Origin: Octopus sinensis
Lineage: Eukaryota
DNA: 64,000 bases
Assembly: GCF_006345805.1 (NCBI RefSeq)
Contig: NC_043005.1
Coordinates: 84,940,001-85,004,000, forward strand
Direction of reading: 5' to 3'
The notes under the pieces are model-generated. The model did no database searches, was not told the origin of the DNA, and saw nothing but the letters and a program-made list of their open reading frames with translations. The stretch's first letter is position 1. Each line of letters opens with the position of its first letter. Positions 50,525-63,615 of this stretch are shown here, piece after piece. The translations under genes were made by a program, and so were the position numbers.

Positions 50525-50789
50525 CTTATATATACATATAATTATGTGTATATGTTTATATAGACTCATACTAACACACAGTGATGTACATACATGCATG
50601 CACGCAGTGTTGTGTCACAGATGGATAATGGTGCTGCAATAGCGCACGTTCCACTTCAACGCTTGACTGACTCGTAAAGCTGAGACAATCCGACTTTCTT
50701 ACTAAATATTGATCTTTCTATTTTCTTTCTCTTTCACACGCAGATATTCTTATATGTTGCTTAAAAGCCTTTTAACATTCAATTGATTG

Positions 50790-50862
50790 TAACTGCTGCT
50801 GCTGCTGCTACTGCTGCTGCTACTGCTGCTGCTGCTACTGCTGCTGCTACTGCTGCTGCTGT
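50790..50862. repeat. (CTG)n/(CTA) trinucleotide tract
   Basis: Visible. Confidence 0.9.
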
Positions 50863-51267
50863 ACTCTGTGTTAATCTTCATTTTCTGCTCCACCCGCCAC
50901 CCCCCAACCGTCATCCACCACCGCTGCCATTTAAAAAAAAAATATTGTCTTATTTCTTTTTATTTTTTTTCTCCTTTTATTCGTGTTTATTTTTACTTAC
51001 CTTTTGAATTACATTCATTCAATTTTTCTTTTCTTTTTCCAATCTACTTTCTTTCATCGTCTTTATTTCATTCATTCATTCAACTTACATTATTACTTCT
51101 TCACTTATTACACTATTTCATATTCTTCTTCCCAATTTTTTTCATCCTATTTTCTCCTTCATTATTCTCCCTCTTTCCTACATTTTTTTTCAAACTTCTT
51201 TTTTTTCTCAATCCCCTTTTATTTTGCATTCCAATTTATTGTCATTTCTTTTATTTTATCCCCTTAT

Positions 51268-51493
51268 TCTTTTATTTGTATCAGTCATTTGACTGCGGCC
51301 ATTCTGCAGCACTGCTTTTAGTCGAGCAAATCGACCCCAGGACATATTCTTTGTAAGCCTAGTACTTATTCTATTGATCTCTATTGCTAAACCACTAATG
51401 TGACGGGGACATAAATACACCAGCATCGGTCGTCAAGTGATGTTGGGAGGGGGGGGGGGACAAACACAGATATACAAACATATACATACATAC

Positions 51494-51537
<44 letters not shown>

Positions 51538-51700
51538 CGACTGGCTTCTTTCAGTTTCCGTCTACCAAATCCAATCACAAGGCTTTGGTCAACCTGAGGC
51601 TATAGTAGAAGGCACTTGCCCAAGGTGCCATGCAGTGGGACTGAACCCAGAACCATGTGGTTCGTCAGCAAGCTACTTACCACACAGCCACTCCTGCACC
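51268..51700 (-). mobile_element. CORE-like SINE family B, full length
   Basis: Motif match, reverse. Confidence 0.9.
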
Positions 51701-51964
51701 TTATTTATCTCTCATTCCTCACCTTCTTAAAAATTTCTTTCCTTCTTTTGTAAGATTTTTCTGACACTCATTCAAGACTCATTCAAGCATGGCTATGTGG
51801 TAACACTTTTCCTTCCCAATTGCAAGGTTTTGGGTTCAGTCCCATTGCACAGCAGATTGGGCAAGTCCTGTCTACTAAATCCCTAGACCAAGGGAATTTA
51901 GTTGACAGAAACTGTATATGTATACACCCCCCCCCCCACACACACATATATATATATACTTACA

Positions 51965-52287
51965 CTCTTTTATTTGTTTCAGTCATTTGACTGGGTCATG
52001 CTGGAGCACTGGCTTTAGTTGAACAAATCAATTTTGCTAAACTGCTAATTTATAGGAATGTACACACACCAGCATCAGTTGCCAAGTGATAGTGGGGGTG
52101 GGCAAACACAGATACACAAACATATATATATAATAAATCTCTGAACGAGGTATAAACAGTAGCTGCACGACATTGTGCAGAAAGTTTGTCAATAGCCAGA
52201 TTGAGGAAGTGTCTTCCTGAGGCTACAAGCTACAGTAGCATCCACCCTTAAGAGTTAGCTACATTTAAGTGGCAAATATACTTTACC

Positions 52288-52329
<42 letters not shown>

Positions 52330-52487
52330 AATGGGCTTCTTTCAGTTTCCATCTACTAAATTCACTCACAAGGCTTTGGTTGACCCGAATCTATAGTAGA
52401 AGACACTTGCCCAAGGTGCCATGCAGTGGGACTGAACCCGGAATCATGTGGTTGGTAAGCAAGCTACTTACTATACAACCACTCCTG
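51965..52487 (-). mobile_element. CORE-like SINE family B (interrupted)
   Basis: 3' half at about 51965-52110, 5' half at about 52330-52487. Confidence 0.8.
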
Positions 52488-52526
52488 TATACAAAATGTT
52501 AGTGTAGACAACAATATGACAACAGT

Positions 52527-52797
52527 AAGAGATGAGGAATTATGTACATTATTTACATTATTTATGGGTATATGGTATAGTGGTTAAGAGCGCAGGTTAC
52601 TAACCCCATGATTCCAAGTTCGATTCCAGGCATTGACCTTAATAATGATAATAATATCGAAAAATACCTTAGGAATGAGAACCCAGGTTTGAAATTTCCC
52701 CAAGACACCTGATGAAGGCTGGAGGGTATATCAACCAAAATGTGTTAGCAACAAACAAGATGAGGAAAAATGTCCATCAATTCTAAATAATGTAAAT
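52527..52797 (+). mobile_element. Family P1: tRNA-headed SINE with HHR tail and 5' inverted segment
   Basis: A box tagtggttaag (52578-52588), B box gttcgattcc (52618-52627), CTGATGA at 52709-52715. Confidence 0.75.
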
Positions 52798-52853
52798 AGT
52801 GAACAGTATGCAATGTCTGGCCAAAAAGGAAAACTATAACTGTCTCTACATAT

Positions 52854-53141
52854 GACTAGGATATTACAAGTGCCTACATTGCTAGAAATAAGAGCTAAAA
52901 TGCTCTAATGCTGTAGTCAAAGCACATTATTTTATACATATATACAGACAGGGATTTTAATTGCTGAAAAACACCTGTTGAGAATTCCCTATACTGATTG
53001 GTCAGTTTTAGCTAATTCTGGTGTTTTCAGGCAATTAAAGTCCCTCTCTGTATATACGTATACAATTATGTGCTTTGACTACAGTATTAGAGCTTTTTAG
53101 CTCTTATTTCTAGCAATATAGGTGTTCTAACATCCTAGTCA
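52854..53141. repeat. Foldback element, ~125-bp arms
   Basis: gactaggat..tgctagaaataagagctaaaa..aaacacc / ggtgtttt..ttttagctcttatttctagca..atcctagtc. Confidence 0.85.
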
Positions 53142-53171
53142 TATTGTGTGACCATTGTCCTTATATATATA

Positions 53172-53512
53172 AAGGTTAAAGACCCCCTTTAGCCATGAAT
53201 GACTATGAGATTGCACCTTGAAATTTACCCCGTGAGACACAAGTCCAGGCAAGTGTGTTTATGAAAGACCAGCAGTTGCTCATGCATACCAGCCTCCCCT
53301 CTTCACACCACTGATGTTATCCAAAGGAAAGGCACAGGCTGATACCGCTTGGCACCAGTGATGTTGCAACTCATTGCTACAGATGAGTGAACTGGAGCAA
53401 TATGAAATAAAGTGTCTTGCTCAAGAACACAACACACAGCCCGGTCTAAGAATTGAACTCACAACCTCACTATTGTAAGCTCGACGCTCTAACCACTGAA
53501 CCATGTGCCTTC
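53172..53512 (-). mobile_element. tRNA-derived CORE-type SINE family E
   Basis: Head gtgaaggcacatggttcagtggttagagc..; gtgttcttgagcaagacact; second copy at 54152-54485. Confidence 0.8.
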
Positions 53513-53526
53513 ACATATATACATAT

Positions 53527-53665
<139 letters not shown>

Positions 53666-53779
53666 GATGATGATATATATACATATATTATATACATATA
53701 TACATACACACACACATATATATATATAATATATATATATATATGTATGTATATATGTTTATAAATATATGTATATATA

Positions 53780-54125
53780 TCATCATCATTTAACGTCAGT
53801 TTTCCATGCTAGCATGGGTTGGACAATTTGACTGCGGTGTGGCAAACCAGACTCCAATCTGATCTGGCAGAGTTTCTACAGCTGGATGCCCTTCCTAATG
53901 CCAACCACTCCGAGAGTGTAGTGGGTGCTTTTATGTGCCACCAGAACGAGGGCCAGCTTGGTGGTACAGGCAACGGCCACGCCCAAATGGTGCTTTTTAC
54001 GTGCCACCTGTACAGAAGCTAGTCTAGCGGCACTGGCGATGACCTCGCTTGAATGTTTCACGTGCCATCAGCACAAGTGCTAGTAAGGCGACATGGTAAT
54101 GATCACGCTTGAATGGTGTGCTTAA
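53780..54125 (-). mobile_element. RTE 3'-tail copy
   Basis: Tail motif, reverse. Confidence 0.9.
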
Positions 54126-54151
54126 CATGTATGTATGCATTTATGTATAAC

Positions 54152-54485
54152 AGATAAAGACCTCCTTGGGTCATGAATGATCATGGGATTGCACCTAGGA
54201 ATTCCCCCTCTGATGCACAAGTCCAGGCAAGTTTGTTTGTGGAAGACCAACAGTTGCCCATGCCTACCAGCATCCTCTCTTCACATCACCGATGTTATCC
54301 AATGATAAAACAAAGGGACTGATACAACTTGGCACCAGTGATGTCACAACTCATTTCTACAGCTGAGTGAACTGGAGCAATGTGAAATAAAGTGTCTTGC
54401 TCAAGAACACAACACACAGCCCGGTCCAGAAATCAAACATGTTATCTCATGATTTTGAGCCCAACACCCTAACCATTGACTAATC
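54152..54485 (-). mobile_element. SINE family E
   Basis: Homologous to 53172-53512. Confidence 0.8.
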
Positions 54486-54673
54486 ACATATCTCCATGGT
54501 TGTGTGTGTGTGTGTGTGCGTGTGTGTATGGCAGGGATCTTTTTATTTGTGTCTGTCCTGGTTTGTTTACATCCCTGAAACTTAGCAGTTCACCAAAAGA
54601 GATCAATAAAATAATCACTAGACTTTGAAAACTAAGTCCTGGGGTTGGTATATATATATATATATATATATAT

Positions 54674-55188
54674 ACTAGCAGTATCGCCTGGCGTTGCTCG
54701 GGTTTGCAAGGGAAATAACTATATAAGCATTTTTAGAGAGTTACTTCCCTTATAGATGCCAATTCGGGCTTTCTTAGCCATTTCTGTTTTGGTGTCTTCA
54801 AGCCATGAAGTCGTTGTTCTAAAAGAACGCTGGTCTCCATGACAACGCTTTACGACGTTGATTTCCTTACACTCCCTTCCCCACAGCTTCACAAGGGAGG
54901 GAAGAAGGGGGAGAAGCAAACAGGTGCAGGTGTGACCATGGACGCCAACTCCACCGCCATCGACACACGAAAAATTATGCATTAAAATGGAATAAAAAAT
55001 GATGTTAAATTATTTTTAAAATCGTAGACTCATCGTAGACGCGCGCTAATACTCAGACGGGCTCAATATGAATTACGACTATAAGATACCCGAATTTGGT
55101 TAAACTGCACCGCAAAATGTGGGAGTAGTTAGGAATCTAAATCGAAGGCGACAGACACTCACATAACTACAGCTTTATATATATAGAT
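54674..55188 (+). mobile_element. HINE-like Helentron element with a different internal cassette
   Basis: Same termini as 12960-13357; distinct 54745-54975 filler. Confidence 0.75.
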
Positions 55189-55369
55189 ATATATATCTGA
55201 TGGTACATCTTGTATTTGTTATTGATCATCATTGTACAAGTCTTAGCTTGCAGAGCTTTTAAGACAGTATGAGAGGGATTAAGATTATATCTTCCTTATT
55301 TCTTTTCATCTCTTTATGAATCTCTATCTGCAAACAACAATATAGTCGCATCATTATTATGTGGTCCCT

Positions 55370-55575
55370 CAAGGAGGCGAGCTGGCAGAATCATTAGCAA
55401 GTTGGACGAAATGCTTAGCAGTGTATCAACTGCTGCTATGTTCTGAGTTCAAATTCCACTGAGGTCGGCTTTTCCCTTCATTTTTTCGGGGTCAATACAT
55501 TGAGTACCAGTGAAACACTGGGGCTGATATAATCAACTAAACCTCCTCCCCGCAAATTTCAGGCCTTTTGCCTTA
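55370..55575 (+). mobile_element. SINE family C
   Basis: Head and body. Confidence 0.8.
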
Positions 55576-55729
55576 AATAGAAATGATCATTAAGGAGTCC
55601 TTCCCACACCTTATGGAAATAACCTTCCTCATCAGGTGGATTATTTCCTCATGTATGATCACTAAATAGTTATTATTACCAATTCATACGAAGAGATTGG
55701 AGTTGGTAGCATTTCAGAAACTCTGCCTT

Positions 55730-56105
55730 CGTCATCATCATCATCATTATTATTTAACGTCCATTGTCCATGCTGGCCTGGGTTGGACAGTTTGACTAGG
55801 ACTGGTAAGCTGGAAGGCTGCACCTGACTCCAGTCTGATTTGTCATGGTTTTCTACAACTGGATGTCCTTCCTAACACCAACTAGTCCAAGAGTGTAATG
55901 GGTGCTTTTATGTCCCACTGGCATGGGTACCAATTGTGTGACACTGGGGAGCGTTTATGTGCCACCGGCACACGGGCCAATTTGCAACACACCGGTATCT
56001 GCCACAGCTGTAATTATGCTTGGCTTGATGGGTCTTCTTCTCAAGCAAACACATAATGCCAAAGGTCTCAGTCATTGCCTCCATGAGGCCCAACGTTCGA
56101 AAGGA
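55730..56105 (-). mobile_element. RTE 3'-tail copy
   Basis: Tail motif, reverse. Confidence 0.8.
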
Positions 56106-56119
56106 ACCCTTATTAAAGT

Positions 56120-56560
56120 GCTGAGCTGGTAGAAATGCAAGGGCATCAGGAAAATTGCTTAGTGGTATTTCTTCCTTCATGTTCTGAGTTCAAATTCCAC
56201 CAAGGTGGACTATGCCTCACATCTTTCTGTGGTTAATAAAATAAAGTACCAGTTGACCACTGGGGTTGATGGAAACAACTTGTGCCCCCCTCCCCTCAAA
56301 ATTGCTGGCCTTGTGCCAAAATTAGAAACTATTGTTATTATTAAGGGAGTGAGCTGGCAGAATTGGTGGAGCATTGGACAAAACGCTCAGTGGCTCTTCT
56401 TCCAGCTCTGTAAGTTTTGAGTTCAAATTCTGCCAAGATTAACTTTGCCTTTCATCCATTTCGCTGTCAATAAAATAAGTACCAGCTGAGCACTGGAGTC
56501 CATGTAACTGACTTACCCCCTCCTCCGAAATTGCTGGCCTTGTTCCAATATTTAAAACCG
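56120..56560 (+). mobile_element. Two tandem SINE family C copies
   Basis: Body motif twice. Confidence 0.8.
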
Positions 56561-56744
56561 ATTTTTCTCTCAGGAGGTGAGATGCATTGAGATGTCTCTA
56601 TGTATGGAATTTCCTTTCCAGTCTTTAATCATTATATCTGACAAGTTAGCCTTGATCCCTTTGTAAGTCTAGACAAGTGGTGTGTCTCAGAGGATTATAG
56701 GGAACTCAATGCCAATGATCAGTGTTTGGTAAGTTTATCTTTTA

Positions 56745-57263
56745 TTTCTTATTTGTTTCAGTCATTAGGTTGTGGCCATGCTGTGGCACCATCTTGAAAA
56801 ATTTTAGTCAAACAAATTGACCCTAGTACTTGTTTTTCTATAAAGCCTGGTACTTATTCAAGTGGTCTCTTTTGCTGAGCTGCTAAGTTACTGGGATGTA
56901 AGCACACTGGTTCTCAAGAGGTAGTGGCAGTGGGTGGGTGGGGGGGACAAGCACAAACACAAAGACACACACATAGAAGTATATATATATATAATATATA
57001 TTGTGCCAGTGACATGTAACCGCACCCTGGTGTCACACAAATGGCACCTGTGCCGGTGGCATGTAAAAGCTCCCATTACACTCTCAGAGGGGTTGGTGTT
57101 AGGAAGAGCATCCAGTCGTAGAAAACCATGCCAAGTCAGACTGGAATCTGGTGCAGTCTTCCAGTGTGCCAGCCCTGGTTGAACCATCCAACCCATGCCA
57201 GTATGAAAAACAGACGTTAAAAGATGATGATAATAATGAAGATGATGAATATATATATATATG

Positions 57264-57311
<48 letters not shown>

Positions 57312-57465
57312 ACAGGCTTCTTCCAGTGTTTAACTGCCAAATCCACTCACAAGGCTTTGATTGGCTTGATGATTTAGTAGAAGACACTCACCCAAGGGTC
57401 CACACTGTGGGACTGAACACAGGACCATGTGTTTGGTAAGCAAACTTCTTATCCACACAGTCACA
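56745..57465 (-). mobile_element. SINE family B interrupted by an RTE tail (57005-57247, plus strand)
   Basis: Halves flank the insertion. Confidence 0.8.
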
Positions 57466-58004
57466 CTTCTGCTTCTTTCTTTTAAATGTTGAACTCAATC
57501 ATGAAGATGATGTCCAGGTTTGTGTCACTTTTATTTGTCAGTACCATCATTAATACATAGAAATTCCAAAGATTTATTCCTTTCAACTTGCTGCTTATTA
57601 TGATGGATATGTTACCATTCCATTATAGTGTCTAAAAATGCTGTCTGGATTGGATATAGTATTTCTGTTTTATTGTTACCCGATACTTATATCTCGCCAA
57701 GGAATCTCTTTTACAAGAATGGATCTTCAATACTGTTGGCCATTTCTTAATCCTTATCCTACACATCTGTTTAGTTATTGCTGAAATCTTTTAATCTTCT
57801 TAGATATAGAATTAATATTATCATAAATTGATACATTTAATTCTCTGAATCTAAAAGCAAGATACTTCTACCTTTCACGATATTAGGGATCACTAAAGCA
57901 AAATAGAGATCTATTAGGGAGATCAATATAGTAGGCTGTAGAGTAATCCTGAAATCTATATGGGTTGGGGGGACAATCATATACAATATTATATGCCATT
58001 CTAA

Positions 58005-58870
58005 GGCAGTGAGCGAGCAGAAATGGTGGCGCACCAGGCGAAATGCTTAGCGGTATTTCGTCCGCTGCTACATTCTGAGTTCAAATTCCGCTGAGGTTGA
58101 CTTTGCCTTTCACCCTTTCGGGGTCGATTAAATAAGTACCAGTTATGCACTGAGGTCGATATAATCGACTTAATCCGTTTGTCTGTCCTTTTTTGTCCTC
58201 TCTGTGTTTAGCCCCTTGTGGGTAGTAAAGAAATAGGTATTTTGTCTGCTGTTACATTCTGAGTTCAAATTCTGCTGAGGTCAACTTTGCCCTTCATTTT
58301 TTCGGGGTTGATTAAATATGTACCAGTCATGCACTGGGATCGATGTAATCGACTTAATCTTTTTGTCTGTCCTTGTTAGTCTCCTTTATGTTTATCCCCT
58401 TGTGGGTAATAAAATAAATAAATAAATATTATATGCCATTGTAAGGTGGTGACCTGGCAGAAACATTAGCATGCTGGGTGAAATGCTTAGTGGCATTTCG
58501 TCTATCTTTACACTTTGAATTCAAATTCCGCCAAGCTCGATTTTGCCTTTCATCCTTTTGGGGACAATAAATTAAGTAGCAGTGAAACACTGGGGTCAAT
58601 GTAATCAACTATACCCCTACCCCAAAAAGGTGCCATGCAATGGGACTGAACCCAGAACCATGTGGTTCATAAGCAAGCTACTTACCACACAGCCACTTAA
58701 CAAACAAAATACTTCACAGCTTTCCTTCTGGCGTTTTACACTATGAGTTCAAATTCCACTAAGATCCACTTCGCCTTTTATTCTTCCAGGGCCAATTAAA
58801 TAAAGTACCGGTCAGGTAATAGGGTCAGTGTAATTGACTTTCTCCACCCTTACTTCAGAATTGCTGACCT
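58005..58870 (+). mobile_element. Cluster of SINE family C copies; the first has a duplicated body
   Basis: Same head-body-tail-body-tail layout as 33488-33910. Confidence 0.85.
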
Positions 58871-59114
58871 TTGTCAAAATTTCAAACAATTATCATTATT
58901 ATTTTTTGCCATTGGGATATAAAATTTTTTTGTCATATTCTTTCCGTCAGGTCCACTAAACTCTGCCGTACCTGTGTAGAATATCAGTCTCAGTTCTCAT
59001 ATCTCTTTATTCAGGTGTTCAATATACCTGTTGAGTCTATAAAAAAACACATACACATATACACATGCATACACATATATTTAGATATGGATATATGCAG
59101 ATGTATGCATAATC

Positions 59115-59174
<60 letters not shown>

Positions 59175-59314
59175 ATACATACACACATACACACACACAC
59201 ACATACACATATATATATCTTTATATAACTTTATACGCACACACACATATGTATACATAGATAGAGTGTCTGTGTGTATGTGTGTATATATATGTATCCA
59301 TGCATATGTGTGTG

Positions 59315-60295
59315 TGTATGTGTGTATATCTATATGTATGCATGGTGTGCATTTATGAGCATGTATGTATAATATATATACTTACATGTTTGTATACATA
59401 TACTTAAACACACATACATATATACACATATCCACATTAATATATACACATATTCACACATAAAAACCTACATCTGCATATAATTACACATCAACAAGTT
59501 ATCATCTATTTTGTCTTTGTGATTTCATTAATTTCTTGGAATAGTTTTGGAAGCAGAAGATTTCTTCAGATAAAATCTATTTGAATATTTGTGCTTGACA
59601 TGAAGAATAGAACCCCGCCACCATCTACACCACCATCTACACCACCTCCACCTGACCTCCTCTGAAATTAATGAATTCAAAACGAAGAGAAGTAATTGCA
59701 GAGTCCATATTTATTTATATATTTTAATCTAATTAAGTAGGTAAGAACATTTAGATCACAATTGGCAATATAGTGTTACTGTAAACATAAAAACCTCCTA
59801 AAGAAAACACTGTAACAACATACGTATATATACACATATATACACACATATATACATTGTGAACATTAGGAGAGAGGAGGACAAAAGAATTAAATAATAT
59901 TTTATATACATGAACAGAGAATAGAATAAGTTGGATAAAATTTATGGTATGAGTAAGTTATGAATAATTTTACCATTCCATGGAGGGTGGAATGGCAAAG
60001 AAAATATTGCGAAGAATTTGAAAATGGTTATAGCCTTGAATGGAGATTGAGAAGAAGATTTACATAATGGTAAATACAAGAGCTCATATATATTTATATA
60101 TATATATACACACATATATATAACATATGCAGATGTAGGTTTCTATGTGGGAATATGTGTATATATTAATGTGGACATGTGTATATATATATATGTGTGT
60201 GTAAATATATGTATACAAACATGTAAGTATATATATTATACATACATGCACATAAATGCACACCATGCATACATATAGATATACACAAACATATA
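59315..60295. repeat. Inverted duplication, ~170-bp arms around a ~630-bp spacer
   Basis: 59315-59485 is the reverse complement of about 60120-60295 (shared unique words such as cctacatctgcatat and ccacattaatatatacacatatt). Confidence 0.85.
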
Positions 60296-60660
60296 TATAT
60301 TTGTTTATATATGTCTTTATACATATGTATATACATATATATATATATGTGTATGTGTGTCTATATATATGTGTATTTATGTATGTTTGTATGTATATGT
60401 GTGTGTGTGTGTGTATTCAACATGTGCAATTGTTAATCCCATCATGCATTTTTTCTCTCCTTTTTTTCTGTCTTTACTCTCCATCTGTTTTTTTTCCTCA
60501 TTCCTCTCTGTAGAAAAGCATAAGCTTGAAACATCAAAGAATCTTCCATTTATCCTGAGTGTCAAACTAACACATAGTTGTTCCCTCACTTCACTATATA
60601 TATGTACTTCACTATATATATATGTGTATATATATATATATATATAATATATATATATAT

Positions 60661-62072
60661 CATCAAGCTGTTGGATCAGGTAATGAAGGTTACGGAGAGG
60701 GTTATAGCCCAGTTAATTAGAGAGAGAGTTAGCTTAGATGATATACAGTTTGGGTTCGTGCCAGGGAAAAGTACTACTGATGCTATATTCCTGGTTAAGA
60801 CAGCTGCAGGAGAAATACCTAGCCAAAGGTAAGCCCTTGTACCTGGCTCTTGTTGACTTAGAGAAAGCCTTTGACAGGGTCCCCCGATCCCTTATCTGGT
60901 GGTCAATGAGGAAACTAGGGATAGATGAATGATTAGTGAGAGCTGTGCAAGCCATGTACAGAGACGCAGCTAGTAAGGTGAGGGTTGGCAACGAGTACAG
61001 TGAAGAATTCCGGGTAGAGGTTGGGGTCCACCAAGGTTCAGTCCTCAGCCCCCTCCTATTTATCATAGTCCTCCAGGCAATAACGGAAGAATTTAGACAG
61101 GATGCCCCTGGGAGCTCCTATATGCTGATGACCTTGCTCTAATTGCTGAGTCACTATCAGAACTGGAGGAGAAGTTTCAGGTGTGGAAACAAGGATTAGA
61201 ATCGAAGGGCCTTAGAATCAACCTAGCCAAAACCAAAGTCCTAATAAGTAGGAAGGTGGACCAACCACAAACGACTTCAGGTAGATGGCCCTGTTCGATC
61301 TGTAAAAAAGGTGTAGGTAGAAACTCTATAAGGTGCACCAAGTGTAAGCTATGGACACATAAGAGGTGCAGCAATGTCAAAGGAAGGCTAACTAAGAAAA
61401 TAGTTTTTGTCTGTGGCAGATGCTCAGGAGAAATGAACACTGGAAATGTGCAGAGACCAACTTCTACCACGTTCCAGGGAGACAAACTAGAAGTAGTTGA
61501 TAGCTTCCGCTACCTAGGAGACCAAGTCAGTAGCGGGGGTGGTGTGCTGAAAGTGTAACTGCTAGAGTAAGAATAGCCTGGGCAAAGTTTAGAGAGCTCT
61601 TACCCCTGCTGGTGACAAAAGGCCTCTCGCTAAGAGTAAAAGGCAGACTATATGATGCGTGTGTACGTACAGCCATGCTACATGGTAGTGAAACATGGGC
61701 CGTGACAGCTGAGGATATGCGTAAGCTTGCAAGAAATGAAGCCAGTATGCTCCGATGGATGTGTAATGTCAGTGTTCATAATCGTCAGAGTGTAAGTACT
61801 TGAGAGAAAAGTTGAACCTAAGAAGTGTCAGTTGTGGTGTGCAAGAGAGACGGCTGCGCTGGTATGGTCATGTGACGAGAATGGCTGAAGATAGTTGTGT
61901 GCAAAAGTGCTACACCCTAGCAGTTGAGGGAACCTGTGGAAGAGGTAGACCCAGGAAAACCTGGGACGAGGTGGTGAAGCACGACCTTCGAACTTTAGGT
62001 CTCACCAAGGAAATGACTGAAGACCGAGTCCTATGGAAGTGTGCTGTGCATGAGAGGACCCGGCAGGACTAG
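60661..62072 (+). pseudogene. RTE reverse transcriptase pseudogene
   Basis: QFGFVPGKSTTDAIF, VDLEKAFDRVP, GVHQGSVLSP, LYADDL, FRYLG, LHGSETW, RLRWYGHV, RGRPRKTW; 3 frameshifts and 2 in-frame stops seen. Confidence 0.95.
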
Positions 62073-63615
62073 TCAGGCCATATCCCGTGGCCCCTACCTG
62101 GGACGTAGTCGATCCACCTGTGCATACCTTCCTTCTTGTGACACTTGTGAAGACCTGCTGAGGCAAGTGAAAATCAATCAAAATAGATGAACATCAATGG
62201 AATTTGTATCTTGTGGTACCAGTGCCTATGGCACACAAGAAAACCATCCGAACGTGGCCGTAGCCAGTATCGCATCGACTGGCCTCCGTGCTGTGGGAAC
62301 ATGGTGGCACATAAAAACACCATCCGAAGACCCGGCAAGACTAGTCAGGTCATAACCCGTGGGCCCTACCTGGGACGTAGTCAGTCCACCTGTACATACC
62401 TTCCTTCTTGTGACACTTGTGAAGACCTGCTGAGGCAAGTGAAAATCAAATCAAATCAAAACAAATCAAAATAGATGAACATCAATGGAATTTGTATCCT
62501 TGTGGTACCAGTGCCGGTGGCACACAAGAATCCATCCGAACGTGGCCGTAGTCAGTATCGCTTGTGGTACCAGTGCCGGTGGCACACACTTTGTGGTACC
62601 AGTGCCGGTGGCACACAAGAGAACCATCCGAACGTGGCCGTAGCCAGTTCCGCATCGACCGGCCTCCGTTCTGTGGGCACGTAACAAACACCATCCGATC
62701 ATGGCCGTTCGCCAGCCTCATCTAGCACCTGTGTCGGTGGCACATAAAAAACACCTTCCGAAGACCCGCAAGACTAGTCAGTCCACCTGTGCATACCTTC
62801 CTTCTTGTGACACTTGTTGAAACCGGTTGAGGCAGTGAAATCAAATCAAATCAAAATAGACAAATTAGATGAACATCAATGGAATTTGTATCTTGTGGTA
62901 CCAGTGCCTGTGGCACACAAGAAATCCATCAGTGCTGTAGTCAGTGCGGTGGGCACATGACAAAACCATCCGATCGTGGTCGTTCGCCAGCCTCATCTAG
63001 CACCTGTGTCGGTGGCACATAAAAAAACCATCCGAAGACCCCCGGCAAGACTAGTCAGCATAACCCATGGCCCCTACCTGGGACGTAGTCAGTCACCTGT
63101 GCATACCTTCCTTCTTGTGACACTTGTGAAGACCTGCTGAGGCAAGTGAAAATCAAAACAAATCAAAATAGATGAACATCAATGGAATTTGTTCTTTGTG
63201 GTACCAGTGCCGGTGGCACGGGGCACATAAGAAAACCATCCGAACGTGGCCGTAGCCAGTACCGCATCGACTGGCCTCCGTGCTGTGGCACGTAACAAGC
63301 ACCATCTGATCGTGGCCGTTTGCCAGCCTCATCTGGCACCGTGTCGGTGGCCACATAAAAACACCATCCGAGCGTGGCCGTCTGCCAGCCTCGTCTGGCA
63401 CCTGTGTCGGTTGGTGGCACATAAAAACACCATCCGAGCGTGGCCGTCTGCCAGCCTCGTCTGGCACCTGTGTCGTGGCACATAAAAAAAACACCATCCG
63501 AGCGTGACCGTCTGCCAGCCTCGTCTGGCACCTGTGTCGGTGGCACATAAAAAACACCATCCGAGCGTGGCCGTTTGCCAGCCTCGTCTGGCACCTGTGT
63601 CGGTGGCACATAAAA
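62060..63615 (+). repeat. Tandem amplification of the RTE 3' UTR (4 long units, then ~5 units of ~60 bp)
   Basis: Units start at about 62060, 62332, 62766 and 63042 (ccggcaagactagtcag); short units at 63310-63615. Confidence 0.9.

Noticed and set aside
50611-51007. MDNGAAIAHVPLQRLTD exon, strong acceptor at about 50742 and a poly-Ala ORF
   Set aside because: All frames after the acceptor stop quickly; the poly-Ala is a CTG microsatellite
52566-52632. tRNA gene
   Set aside because: A and B boxes are present but there is no 3' acceptor stem or Pol III terminator; it is a SINE head
63310-63615. CRISPR-like regular repeats
   Set aside because: Eukaryotic context, no unique spacers, part of the RTE 3' UTR
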